NCBI GenBank assembly: GCA_011390535.1 | Contig: JAABSF010000002.1 | Span: forward strand, 1 to 38,940 | Direction: 5' to 3' | DNA: 38,940 bases | Origin: Deltaproteobacteria bacterium | Lineage (GTDB): Bacteria > Myxococcota_A > Polyangia > HGW-17 > SLPX01 | Shown here: positions 10,949-19,440 of the stretch, piece after piece | Numbering within the stretch: position 1 is the first letter of the stretch | Layout: each line of letters begins with the position of its first letter | Program-made: the position numbers and the translations under genes | Notes under the pieces: generated by a model | Seen by the model: only the letters and a program-made list of their open reading frames with translations | What the model was told of the DNA's origin: nothing | The model's database searches: none

Positions 10949-11809
10949 ATGACTCAAAAAGAAAATACTGTATTTGCTACATCTTTGTTATTGGATCTTC
11001 TCCCTAAGAAAACCTATACACGTTTAGCAGAGTTAGGTGGCAGGGTTCCAATACCCAGGATTTTTAGAAGAACTGCTTATGATCTTTTTTCTCGTTTATA
11101 CAATATAAACAAAGGTGAGATAGGGGGCGATCTAAGTGATTATGAATGTTTTGATGATTTTTTTACTAGAAAATTGCCCAGCGGTTGTAGAGATATAAAG
11201 ACTCATGAGAGTTTGTTTATAAGCCCTTCGGATTCACAAGTGGTAAGCGTTGGAAAGGTGTCACAAGGGGCAATGTTACAGGCCAAAGGAATGTTTTATA
11301 AGGCAGAAGATCTTCTAGGATCAAAGAAACTGGCCGATGAATTTGAAGGCGGAGATGTTTTAACCCTCTATCTCCGCCCTCGGGATTACCATCGCGTTCA
11401 TTTTCCGGTGTCCGGTGTGGTGGACGAGGTTTGTTATATTCCGGGTAACCGATATCCGGTGATCCCAGCGGCCGTGAATTCAGTGAAAGGTCTCTATAGG
11501 AAAAACGAGAGGGTAGTGACGATACAAAGCAGTTCATTATTGGGCCGGGTGACAACTGTGATGGTTGCTGCCTTGGGTGTCGGCAATGTCTCTTTGAGTT
11601 GGGGTGCGAATGGGCCTGTATATACGGGTGAAAATGTAGATTTTTCCGGACTGGAAAATGTTGAAGTGGATGCCGGAGATGAGTTGGGAATTTTCCATTT
11701 GGGCTCTTCGGTGATAGTCTTGTTTCAGCGAGACAAAATTAAGTTGAAAAGTGTTGATGTTGGCGCAACAGTTCGAATCGGAGATGTGTTGGGAGAGAGA
11801 AAAACTTGA
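10949..11809 (+). CDS. psd: Phosphatidylserine decarboxylase proenzyme
   Basis: FDDFFTRKL, SPSDS, QAKG, YLRPRDYHRVHFP, NERV, autocleavage motif FHLGSS. Confidence 0.93.
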   Translation: MTQKENTVFATSLLLDLLPKKTYTRLAELGGRVPIPRIFRRTAYDLFSRLYNINKGEIGGDLSDYECFDDFFTRKLPSGCRDIKTHESLFISPSDSQVVSVGKVSQGAMLQAKGMFYKAEDLLGSKKLADEFEGGDVLTLYLRPRDYHRVHFPVSGVVDEVCYIPGNRYPVIPAAVNSVKGLYRKNERVVTIQSSSLLGRVTTVMVAALGVGNVSLSWGANGPVYTGENVDFSGLENVEVDAGDELGIFHLGSSVIVLFQRDKIKLKSVDVGATVRIGDVLGERKT

Positions 11810-11871
11810 GTTTTTTAGATGGATTGTGTTCATGAGTAAACGTACTGGTATTATATAGCATCTTGAGGGGA

Positions 11872-13995
11872 ATGGCGTTGAAGACTAGAAACAGACAGCT
11901 TGTGTTTACCAAAAGAGAGTTGCAAGAGATGGGGGCCACCATTCGGGGTGTGGAAGAACCTGAGAGGAAGAAAAAAAAGAAGAGAGGTTGGATGAGCGTG
12001 CCGGAAGACGGCACGAACGAGGAAGAAGAGGCCACAATATTTTCAGGTGAAGGTTCGGAAGCTTTTCGCGAGATGAGTGAAGTTTTGGAGGCTAGTGTAA
12101 ACAAGGCTTTTGATGCTTTGCCGGATTACACTCCTAATCTTCCCATGATGTCGGGGGGGACGTTGCAGGCTCTCGACAATGTCATAGCAGGGCTCTCGGA
12201 TGATGAGTATGCGGTATCAAATGAAAATGAAAGCGCTGAAGATGACTTTATCATTCCAATTACACTGGCAACAAAAGATGATTCGGGTTCTGATGAATCA
12301 ACACAGACTTTTCCACCGCCTGTGCCGGCACATTCAAAAAGCAATGGTGATGTTGATAAAGAAACAGCTTTCAGAGGAGATGGGCACTCGTCGACGACTA
12401 ATGTAAGCGGTGTTGTCGAAAAAGACGAAGCCCTGTTGGAAAAAGACGAGACGGTAAAGAAGAGCACCGGAGGTTTAGAAGAAAATACTGCAATCGTTGA
12501 GAAAACAGATGAGACAGAGAAAAACAAAGCTGAGGCGACAGGCTCTTTTGACAGCGTTTTTAAAGCGTTCTCCTCTTCCGGAGATGTTACTGCAACGAGC
12601 GGAGAGATTGCCTCACATAAGGAACAGGCAGAAGGTTTATTAGCAGGTGGGTCGTCATCGGGGCAAAGTCCGGTTGAGGCATCATTTCAAGATGACGAAG
12701 AGGAGGAGGATAAAGATGGTATTGTAAAAGGAACCAATATCAAAGGGTCGGATACAGTGCGTATTTATAGTGGTGCCTTGGTTAATGATGCACCAGCGCC
12801 GGCATTGGAAGATGAATCAGCCGAATTGTTGGAGCCGCCGCCGGTCCCGGAAGAAGAGAAACCGCCGCCACCACCGGTGCCCGAAGAAGAGAAACAATCG
12901 CCGCCGCCGCCGGTGCCCGAAGAAGAGGAAACATCGCCGCCGCCGCCGGTGCCTGAAGAAGAGGAAACATCGCCACCGCCGGTGCCCGAAGAAGAGAAAC
13001 AATCGCCTCCGCCGGTACCAGAAGATGATAAGAGGACGACCAAATCATTCCCTCCCCCGGTACCGCAAGGTAAACCTGCAGGCCAAGAACCCTTGTCGGC
13101 GGTGGAAGTGGTAGAATCGGAAGAAGGGGGTGGTGCTTCTGCTAAAGGTTTGAAGGGGGAGGATTCTCTCAATGAGAGCTCAAGGGAAAAAGCTTATGAA
13201 AAGCCCTCAGCCCCAAAGAAAAAGAAAAAAGCTAAGCGAAAAGCTAAAAAGAAGACTTGGTTTGAAGGGTTTTTCAATGATGATTACCTGCTGACACTTC
13301 CTTATGAAACCACTGATGTATCCATCATTGAAGCTGATTTTATTCAAAAGCAACTGGATCTTCCCAAAGAGAGCCGGTTACTGGATCTTGGCTGTGGATA
13401 TGGGCGTCATGCGGTGGAGATGGCTCGCAAGGGATATAACTTGGTTGGGTTGGATAGTTCTCTTCCAATGCTGATAAAAGCTGCAGAGTTAGGCGAGCAA
13501 TATGGTGTGGAAGTCAATTTCATGCATGGTGACATGAAAGACATGAGTTTTGAAAATAAGTTTGATGGAGTTTATTGTTTTAATACAAGCTTTGGGTATT
13601 TTGACGATGATCTAAACAAGAAGGTCTTAGGACAGATATTTAATGCGCTGAATCCCGGTGGCCGGTTTCTTTTAGAGGTAGTAAATAGAGATTTTATTTT
13701 GACCGATTTACCCCTCAGGGTGTGGTGGGAGGGGAACGGTTGTGTGGTCATGGAGGAGGTGGAGTTTAATTATTTTACAAGCAGGATCGAATCAAATCGT
13801 TCGGTTGTATTTAATGATGGTCGGCAGGTGGATCACAACCTGTCTATTCGTGTTTACAGTTTGCATGAGCTTGGCAGGTTGCTACATCAGTCCGGATTTG
13901 TTGTACGTTCAGTGACAGGTAATTTAGCTACTCCCGGAAGATTTTTTGGGCCTCATTCTCCTTACCTGATTATCAAGTCAGAAAGAAAAAAATAA
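11872..13995 (+). CDS. Class I SAM-dependent methyltransferase with a long acidic/Pro-rich disordered N-terminus
   Basis: LLDLGCGYGRH, VGLDSS, HGDM, FDGVYCFNTSFGYF, ALNPGGRFLLE; ATG 11872 after GAGGGG. Confidence 0.88.
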   Translation: MALKTRNRQLVFTKRELQEMGATIRGVEEPERKKKKKRGWMSVPEDGTNEEEEATIFSGEGSEAFREMSEVLEASVNKAFDALPDYTPNLPMMSGGTLQALDNVIAGLSDDEYAVSNENESAEDDFIIPITLATKDDSGSDESTQTFPPPVPAHSKSNGDVDKETAFRGDGHSSTTNVSGVVEKDEALLEKDETVKKSTGGLEENTAIVEKTDETEKNKAEATGSFDSVFKAFSSSGDVTATSGEIASHKEQAEGLLAGGSSSGQSPVEASFQDDEEEEDKDGIVKGTNIKGSDTVRIYSGALVNDAPAPALEDESAELLEPPPVPEEEKPPPPPVPEEEKQSPPPPVPEEEETSPPPPVPEEEETSPPPVPEEEKQSPPPVPEDDKRTTKSFPPPVPQGKPAGQEPLSAVEVVESEEGGGASAKGLKGEDSLNESSREKAYEKPSAPKKKKKAKRKAKKKTWFEGFFNDDYLLTLPYETTDVSIIEADFIQKQLDLPKESRLLDLGCGYGRHAVEMARKGYNLVGLDSSLPMLIKAAELGEQYGVEVNFMHGDMKDMSFENKFDGVYCFNTSFGYFDDDLNKKVLGQIFNALNPGGRFLLEVVNRDFILTDLPLRVWWEGNGCVVMEEVEFNYFTSRIESNRSVVFNDGRQVDHNLSIRVYSLHELGRLLHQSGFVVRSVTGNLATPGRFFGPHSPYLIIKSERKK
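12835..13032 (+). repeat. Intragenic tandem repeat, about 6 units of roughly 27-39 bp, encoding P(3-5)VPEEE(K/E)(Q/T)S
   Basis: Repeated ccgccgccggtgcccgaagaagag(aaacaatcg/gaaacatcg) units are directly visible. Confidence 0.9.
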
Positions 13996-14022
13996 TAAGA
14001 GATGCGATGATGTAACAGTGGA

Positions 14023-14775
14023 TCATCCTTCTATATAAGGGCAATCGAAGCCTTTGGCTTTGAGTTGTGAACAAAGCTTTTTTCTGGCTCTCTCTGCGAT
14101 TTGACGCGCTCTCTCTCTGCTCACACCAAACTCGTTACCTATTTCCGCGAGGGAGCGTGGTTTATCTGCAAGAAAACGTGAATCAGCAATAAATCGTTCT
14201 CTTACATCTAATTCTCTTAACGCGTTTCCAACAGCTTGTTTCAAACGTTCTCTCTCTTGTGAAAAGATAGCTTCTTTTTCAACTCCTTCTTTTGTAGGTA
14301 TGTCGGTTTGACGAATTAAGTCTAAAGAAACATCTCTTTTTGGTGCGTCCGGCGCTGAGGAGCTTCCAAGCAATCGTCTCTCCGCCCTGGTTGTTCCTCG
14401 GGCGGATACACTGCGTGATCTTGCAATGCATTGTCTTATTGCATCACGAATCCACCACGCAGCATAGGTCACAAGCCGCGTCTTTCGATCAGGATCAAAG
14501 CGTTTTACTGCTTCCGCCAAGCCTAAATTTCCAGCTTGCACGAGCTCATTGAGATCGCAACCGTAGCGTCTGTATTCCAAGGCAACTTTGACCACATATC
14601 TGAGGTTTGCCAAAATGAGTTTTTCAGCAGCTGATGAGTCATTTTCATCTCTTAATCTGCGTGCCAGCTCCAGTTCTTCTTCTGTTGATATTGGATGATA
14701 ACGAGCGGCAAGAGAGAGATAGAAAGAAAATCCGTCACGAAGTTCGTTGGTTTTCGGATTTTTTGCAAGAACCAT
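14023..14775 (-). CDS. RNA polymerase sigma factor, sigma32/RpoH-like
   Basis: EEELELARR, LILANLRYVVKVALEY, ELVQAGNLGLAEAVKRFDP, LVTYAAWWIR, SLAEIGNEFGVSRERARQI; degenerate RpoH-box-like RGTTRAERRL; short region 3. Confidence 0.9.
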   Translation of the reverse strand: MVLAKNPKTNELRDGFSFYLSLAARYHPISTEEELELARRLRDENDSSAAEKLILANLRYVVKVALEYRRYGCDLNELVQAGNLGLAEAVKRFDPDRKTRLVTYAAWWIRDAIRQCIARSRSVSARGTTRAERRLLGSSSAPDAPKRDVSLDLIRQTDIPTKEGVEKEAIFSQERERLKQAVGNALRELDVRERFIADSRFLADKPRSLAEIGNEFGVSRERARQIAERARKKLCSQLKAKGFDCPYIEG

Positions 14776-14813
14776 GATTTTAACCTCACTGTAAAATGTT
14801 CAGAGAGGTGTAC

Positions 14814-14831
14814 TTGCAAAAGTTGTACCGA
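14814..14831 (-). promoter_or_regulatory. Sigma54 -24/-12 promoter of the sigma factor gene
   Basis: Minus strand TCGGTACAACTTTTGCAA, GG-N10-GC with TTGCA, about 40 bp upstream of the ATG at 14775. Confidence 0.7.
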
Positions 14832-14886
14832 GGATGTAACGACATAAAAAAGCTTGTATATCAGGAGGTTTCAACAAAATAAAGAG

Positions 14887-14899
14887 AATCAACAATTTG
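14887..14899 (+). promoter_or_regulatory. IHF binding site
   Basis: AATCAACAATTTG matches WATCAANNNNTTR exactly, with an A-rich 5' flank, between the palindromes and the sigma54 promoter. Confidence 0.6.
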
Positions 14900-14903
14900 C
14901 GCA

Positions 14904-14947
14904 GCGCAAATTTTACGCCAATCGTCCTGGTGGCGCATATTTTGCGT
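14904..14947. promoter_or_regulatory. Tandem enhancer-binding-protein sites
   Basis: GCGCAAATTTTACGC (14904-14918) and GCGCATATTTTGCGT (14933-14947), imperfect palindromes 29 bp apart. Confidence 0.6.
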
Positions 14948-14953
14948 GGTGTT

Positions 14954-16339
14954 TCAGGGTTGGGACATTTGATCTTTTCTATACAGTTTCATCTTGTATT
15001 GGATTTTTCGTTTGCTAATCCCAAGAATCTCAGATGCCTTTTTTGTGGATCCTCCCACCAACTCCAGGGTTTTTTCGATCGCATAGCGTTCAATCTCTTT
15101 AAGTGAAGAACCTGGAATAATTGGGTTTTCTGTTGTGGTTTTTTGAGAGAGATAAGGGGGCAAGTGTTCTTCTTGTATTCGAGGGCCATTGACTAAAACT
15201 ACGGCTCTTTGGATTGCATTTTCCAATTCGCGGACATTTCCAGGCCAGTGATAGGACATCAGAGCTGAAATTGCGTCATCTGCGAAACCCATTATCTCTT
15301 TATTGTTTTCCCTGCAAAATCGCTTCAAAAAGTACATGCATAACAATGGAATATCTTTTGGTTTTTCTCTTAATGCGGGTACATGAAGAGAAATAACATT
15401 TAATCTGTAGAACAGATCTTCGCGAAATTTCCCTTTTTTTACAGATGTTGGAAGATCTTTATTTGTTGCGGCAAGGATACGAATGTCCACATCGATTGTT
15501 TCAGTGCCTCCTACCCGCTGGAATTTTCGTTCTTGGAGAAACCGAAGCAGCTTTACTTGGGTGCCCAGCGGGATTTCCACCACTTCATCCAATAGCAAAG
15601 TTCCTTTGTCTGCGAGCCGAAAGTGCCCTTCATGTCTTTGAACGGCTCCTGAAAAAGCTCCTTTTTCATGTCCAAAAAGCTCGCTCTCTAAGATCCCTTC
15701 AGCGAGTGCGGCACAGTTCAAGGTCACAAAAGGACCGTTGTTTCGAGGACTGTTGTTGTGAATAGCTCTGGCTACAAGCTCTTTTCCGGTGCCGCTTTCC
15801 CCGCAAATAAGTACTGAAGCCTGACTTGGCGCAATTTGCTTTATTGCCCGGTAAAGAGTGTGCATTGGTCCACTAGTCCCAATCAAACCGGAAAAACCCT
15901 CTTCTCCGTCTTCGAAAATCTGCTGTGTTGATTCTTGAGAGAGGCTGCTATTCCTACGCTTTAGTGCTTTTTCTATACTGTCGATGAGAGCATTTTCTTC
16001 TACCGGCGTTCTGAGGAAATCTGAGGCTCCGTCTTTTACTGCTTGAACAGCATCAGTCCATGAACAGGTCTTGTCCATGAAAATTACCGCAATATCAGGG
16101 TCCATTTCCTTTAGTTTCTTTAGTAAACGACGGCCCCATATCCCTTGAGTGTGGTAACATGAAAGAACCAGATCCGGACGGAACGCAGCAAACTTCTCTA
16201 ATGCCTTGAATCCGTCTACGGCGCTTTCTACTTCGTGATCAAAACGTTCCAACAGATCCTTTGTTTCACGACGCAATGTTTTTGCGCCGATGACAAGAAG
16301 TATTCTCCCCTGTGTCTTGCTGTTTATCTCAAAAGTCAT
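14954..16339 (-). CDS. NtrC-family sigma54 enhancer-binding protein with atypical receiver domain
   Basis: GESGTGKE, ESELFGHEKGAFSGA, LLLDEV, FREDLFYRLNV, WPGNVRELEN, C-terminal HTH; receiver-like N-terminus lacks the conserved residues. Confidence 0.92.
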   Translation of the reverse strand: MTFEINSKTQGRILLVIGAKTLRRETKDLLERFDHEVESAVDGFKALEKFAAFRPDLVLSCYHTQGIWGRRLLKKLKEMDPDIAVIFMDKTCSWTDAVQAVKDGASDFLRTPVEENALIDSIEKALKRRNSSLSQESTQQIFEDGEEGFSGLIGTSGPMHTLYRAIKQIAPSQASVLICGESGTGKELVARAIHNNSPRNNGPFVTLNCAALAEGILESELFGHEKGAFSGAVQRHEGHFRLADKGTLLLDEVVEIPLGTQVKLLRFLQERKFQRVGGTETIDVDIRILAATNKDLPTSVKKGKFREDLFYRLNVISLHVPALREKPKDIPLLCMYFLKRFCRENNKEIMGFADDAISALMSYHWPGNVRELENAIQRAVVLVNGPRIQEEHLPPYLSQKTTTENPIIPGSSLKEIERYAIEKTLELVGGSTKKASEILGISKRKIQYKMKLYRKDQMSQP

Positions 16340-16409
16340 GGGTTTTTTCTCATGAATCCTTTGATTTCAATAAGCTGTTGGTGGCTTTTTGAACCTTGAT
16401 TTGTTCAGA

Positions 16410-16424
16410 GCGAAAAATTTTCGC
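16410..16424. promoter_or_regulatory. Palindrome related to the enhancer sites; possible autoregulatory site
   Basis: GCGAAAA-A-TTTTCGC, about 70 bp upstream of the activator start codon. Confidence 0.5.
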
Positions 16425-16582
16425 ATCTGTTTATTATCACTTAATGTTACGAAAACCAAGGGAGATAAAAAATGATATAGCGGGAGTGCTGTTCTGTGAA
16501 TTAGGACTGTCCACTCGGCCTAGCTTCGACTTTTAGCCACGGTCTTTGTCTACATTATATCCAATTTTTGAAAACCGCGCCC

Positions 16583-16639
16583 ATAGAGTGGTAAAAATCT
16601 GGTATTTTGAATGGATACAAGTAAAATGTACCACTCTAT
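16583..16639. repeat. Intergenic inverted repeat / REP- or MITE-like hairpin
   Basis: Perfect 11-bp arms ATAGAGTGGTA...TACCACTCTAT with an imperfect inner stem. Confidence 0.6.
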
Positions 16640-16728
16640 CCCGAAAAAAGGGGAGGGAAAGAAGTACAGAAAAGAGACAGAAGAAAAAGAATTGATTTTT
16701 TAAACGAGAACCGGAGAGGTCATGAAAT

Positions 16729-17451
16729 ATGATGGAATGTTTTTTTCAGAACCCGTCTTTAAGGGGTCTTGCTAGGTTGGAAAAACTCCGGCTCAGCGGA
16801 ATACTATGTGTTTTTGTTTTCCTGTCTGTTGGGTTTGTGTCGTGCAAACAACCGGTGCAAGGGCCCCAAGATACTGTGAAAGCTTATGTTTTGGCTATCA
16901 AACAAAATGATACCGACAGGGCTTATTCGTTGCTTTCAGAAGGTTTGCGGGAAAGATGTACCCGCAGACAGTTTAAGCGCAACTTGAAACAAGCAAGGAA
17001 AAAGAACAAGAAAGAGTTAGAAACTCTATTAAACAAACCGAAAAATATTCAACACACCGCTTCGGTGGATCTTGGGTCCGGTGATAAGCTTCTTTTAGAA
17101 AAAGAAGGAGGTGTGTGGCGTGTTGTAAGTGAACCGTTTTCCTTTTATGGACAGAAGACACCTAGAGAGGCTCTGAGATCTTTTGTGAGGGCGTTGGAGC
17201 GGAAGCGGTATGAGGTTCTTCTTAAGTTTGCTCCAAGGCAGTGGCGCAAACAAATGGAAGTAAAGGATATCAAAAGGTTGTATGAAGGAGAGAGAGCAAA
17301 AAAGACTAGAGTTTTGGTAGCTAATTTGAAAAAGAGCTTGGATAATAGAATAGAGATCAGTGGCGACAAAGCTGTGATGTTGTATGGAGATAATCAGCAG
17401 GTCAGGTTTGCCAAAGAAGAGGGTGTCTGGAAAATTGTGGGTTTTGAGTAA
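16729..17451 (+). CDS. Lipoprotein with two internally repeated NTF2-like domains
   Basis: Lipobox GFVSC; repeats PQDTVKAYVLAI...EKEGGVWRV and PREALRSFVRAL...KEEGVWKI. The true start may be downstream. Confidence 0.75.
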   Translation: MMECFFQNPSLRGLARLEKLRLSGILCVFVFLSVGFVSCKQPVQGPQDTVKAYVLAIKQNDTDRAYSLLSEGLRERCTRRQFKRNLKQARKKNKKELETLLNKPKNIQHTASVDLGSGDKLLLEKEGGVWRVVSEPFSFYGQKTPREALRSFVRALERKRYEVLLKFAPRQWRKQMEVKDIKRLYEGERAKKTRVLVANLKKSLDNRIEISGDKAVMLYGDNQQVRFAKEEGVWKIVGFE

Positions 17452-17702
17452 CTCTGTTATCAGGGCTTGAAAAATTTTCACGATCTGGGTTTTTGTGCTA
17501 AGTGTTTGTTTTTTCTTATGGTTTAAGAAAAAAAAAGGTTTTAGAGTTTGTGGTTTGGAATAGACATGACAGATGTTTCACAGATCGTTCTAAAAAGTAA
17601 GAGAATGGCAGAGCGACGATCCATTATAGAGATCGGGTTTTTTGTCTATTATATCGGGAGCTTAGAGTAACAGCGGCAAAAAAAACAGCTCTCTGGGCTT
17701 GC

Positions 17703-17719
17703 CTGGTCTATGGATTGCA
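17703..17719 (+). promoter_or_regulatory. Sigma54 -24/-12 promoter
   Basis: CTGGTCTATGGATTGCA, GG-N10-GC; IHF-like TATCGGGAGCTTA at 17652-17664. Confidence 0.65.
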
Positions 17720-17764
17720 TATAAAATTGAAGTGAGACTTTAATTTTATACTCGGAGAAAGATC

Positions 17765-17938
17765 ATGTTGGATGCATGGATCATCGAACAGATAAAAAAG
17801 GAAGAAGAAGGAACACACGAGCACAGAGATCAACCTCAAGTTCAGATTGATCTTCCAGTGGATTATGAAGAGAGAACCCGAAAGGAAGATCGAGATAAAT
17901 CTGATCGTGGGGTGACCATCGTAGATTATACGGTCTGA
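17765..17938 (+). CDS. Small 57-aa acidic protein, absent from the ORF track
   Basis: MLDAWIIEQIKKEEEGTHEHRDQPQVQIDLPVDYEERTRKEDRDKSDRGVTIVDYTV; GGAG RBS; own promoter and terminator. Confidence 0.8.
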   Translation: MLDAWIIEQIKKEEEGTHEHRDQPQVQIDLPVDYEERTRKEDRDKSDRGVTIVDYTV

Positions 17939-17958
17939 TTTTTTTGTTTGAAGCTTCA

Positions 17959-17998
17959 AGCCCGGGCGATTCAATGTAGTCATCCGGGTTATTTTTTT
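17959..17998 (+). terminator. Intrinsic terminator
   Basis: AGCCCGGGCGA/TCATCCGGGTT stem followed by A and T7. Confidence 0.6.
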
Positions 17999-18257
17999 GG
18001 TCAAAGCGGGTTTGCCTTTTTAAGCTATGTATTTTTAAAAACGCCTGTGGATGTTATTGTTTTAAAAGCTTGGTAGGGAAGTTATTTATAGGGATCTTGC
18101 AGTTAACAAAGAAGGGTCGAAGTAGATCGGTGTGAATCTGCCGAAGGCTTTTTTGTGTGAGCCTTTATGTTGAGTTATTCATAATATGTCTTATGAATAT
18201 TATCTTAAGGCTCGTCTAATAAATGAACAAACTGGAACCGACTGAATAGTCGTTTCG

Positions 18258-18941
18258 TTGTCGCCGGTGAAACAAACTGCAACAGGATGTAATTTTTTTC
18301 AGCAAGGCGATGGCAGGACCGAGCGCGTCGAACCGCCTGGCCTGCAACGCGTGAGGAGGGCGAATACATTGTCGTATTCAACCGACCAGGAACTAAACAG
18401 GGTGAGGAGGATTGGTGTAAGATCCCCAAGGTTTTTTATAAAGAAGGCCGTGGTGATGGTGCTATTTATTGTTTTGTTTTCTTCTGGTTGCAATAACCGC
18501 CATAAGATGGCTCGTAGAGGTGGCTCCAGCAATGTAGTCAATAATGGGAAAGAGAAAGTTTCATTAAAAGATGCTGAGTCTTTTGAAGGGCCTATCAAAG
18601 ATCCTTTAAAAAAGTATCCAGGTTTATTTCAACGTTATAAAGGTTACTCAATTGTTGTATCCGCCGATCTGAATGGTGTTTGGATAAACGGAAACCTAAT
18701 TGGGAGGCTGATCAAGGGTAGGATTCCGCCCATGGGGCCGTCTGAAGAGATTTCAAGGTTTGCGATTCCTGTTTTAAAAAGACGTTTTGTAAAAGTACTT
18801 GGTTCTGTCCCCATGAGCGAATGGAACCTTTTATTGGTTGTATCTCTCGATGTAGAAATGGATGTAATACAGCGAGTTTTGCAAGCCGCAGGCCTGGCCG
18901 GCATAAATAAATATAAGCTGGAAAGAGTGTTGGAGAGGTAA
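18258..18941 (+). CDS. Putative lipoprotein with ExbD/TolR-like C-terminal domain (true start probably near 18400-18456)
   Basis: Hydrophobic VVMVLFIVLFSSGC lipobox; C-terminal LLLVVSLDVEMDVIQRVLQAAGLAGINKYKL resembles the ExbD periplasmic domain. Confidence 0.6.
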   Translation: MSPVKQTATGCNFFQQGDGRTERVEPPGLQRVRRANTLSYSTDQELNRVRRIGVRSPRFFIKKAVVMVLFIVLFSSGCNNRHKMARRGGSSNVVNNGKEKVSLKDAESFEGPIKDPLKKYPGLFQRYKGYSIVVSADLNGVWINGNLIGRLIKGRIPPMGPSEEISRFAIPVLKRRFVKVLGSVPMSEWNLLLVVSLDVEMDVIQRVLQAAGLAGINKYKLERVLER

Positions 18942-18951
18942 ACTTCGCTCC

Positions 18952-19440
18952 ATGAAAGCAAAACAGCAATATCGGCTCGAAGCTTTGCTTAATGTGCGGG
19001 AGAGAGCACTGGAAGACGCTAGAAGAGCATTGTCGTGCGCCACGGATGAAGTTTTTGCTGCTAAAAAAGCGGTGGATCGTTTCCGAGACGAGAAGAAGAA
19101 AAAAAAAGAAGAAATTGTAGAGATGTCTCGTCATCTTGAATTTTCATGCTTGCGCGCACAAGACCTTTTGTTACGGGCATCTACATTGGAAGCTTTAAAA
19201 AAAGATCTATTATGTTTGGAGAAAGAGCTGAACAGAGCGTTGAAAATACATCAAGAAACTCAAAATAAAGAAGCGAAGGCCGCTGCTTTGGTGCGAGAGG
19301 CCCAGGGCGAACTTAAAGTTCTCCAAAAACACAAAGAGAAATGGGAACACGAAAAGAAAAAGTCCGAGGAAAAGCGAGCTGAAGAGATTATGGAAGAGGC
19401 AGCGTTGACTTCATCTTGGCGCAAGGAGTTTGAACAGTAA
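18952..19440 (+). CDS. FliJ/YscO-like coiled-coil protein
   Basis: YRLEALLNVRERA N-terminus and ELKVLQKHKEKW C-terminus; 162 aa, all helical. Confidence 0.65.
   Translation: MKAKQQYRLEALLNVRERALEDARRALSCATDEVFAAKKAVDRFRDEKKKKKEEIVEMSRHLEFSCLRAQDLLLRASTLEALKKDLLCLEKELNRALKIHQETQNKEAKAAALVREAQGELKVLQKHKEKWEHEKKKSEEKRAEEIMEEAALTSSWRKEFEQ

Noticed and set aside
12835-13032. Repeat considered as a CRISPR array
   Set aside because: Units are contiguous, in frame, without unique spacers, and no cas genes are present.
12765-13172. Antisense and alternate-frame ORFs (Gly/Ser-, Arg- or Ala-rich) over the repeat
   Set aside because: Shadows of the PPPVPEEE repeat; the methyltransferase frame explains the region.
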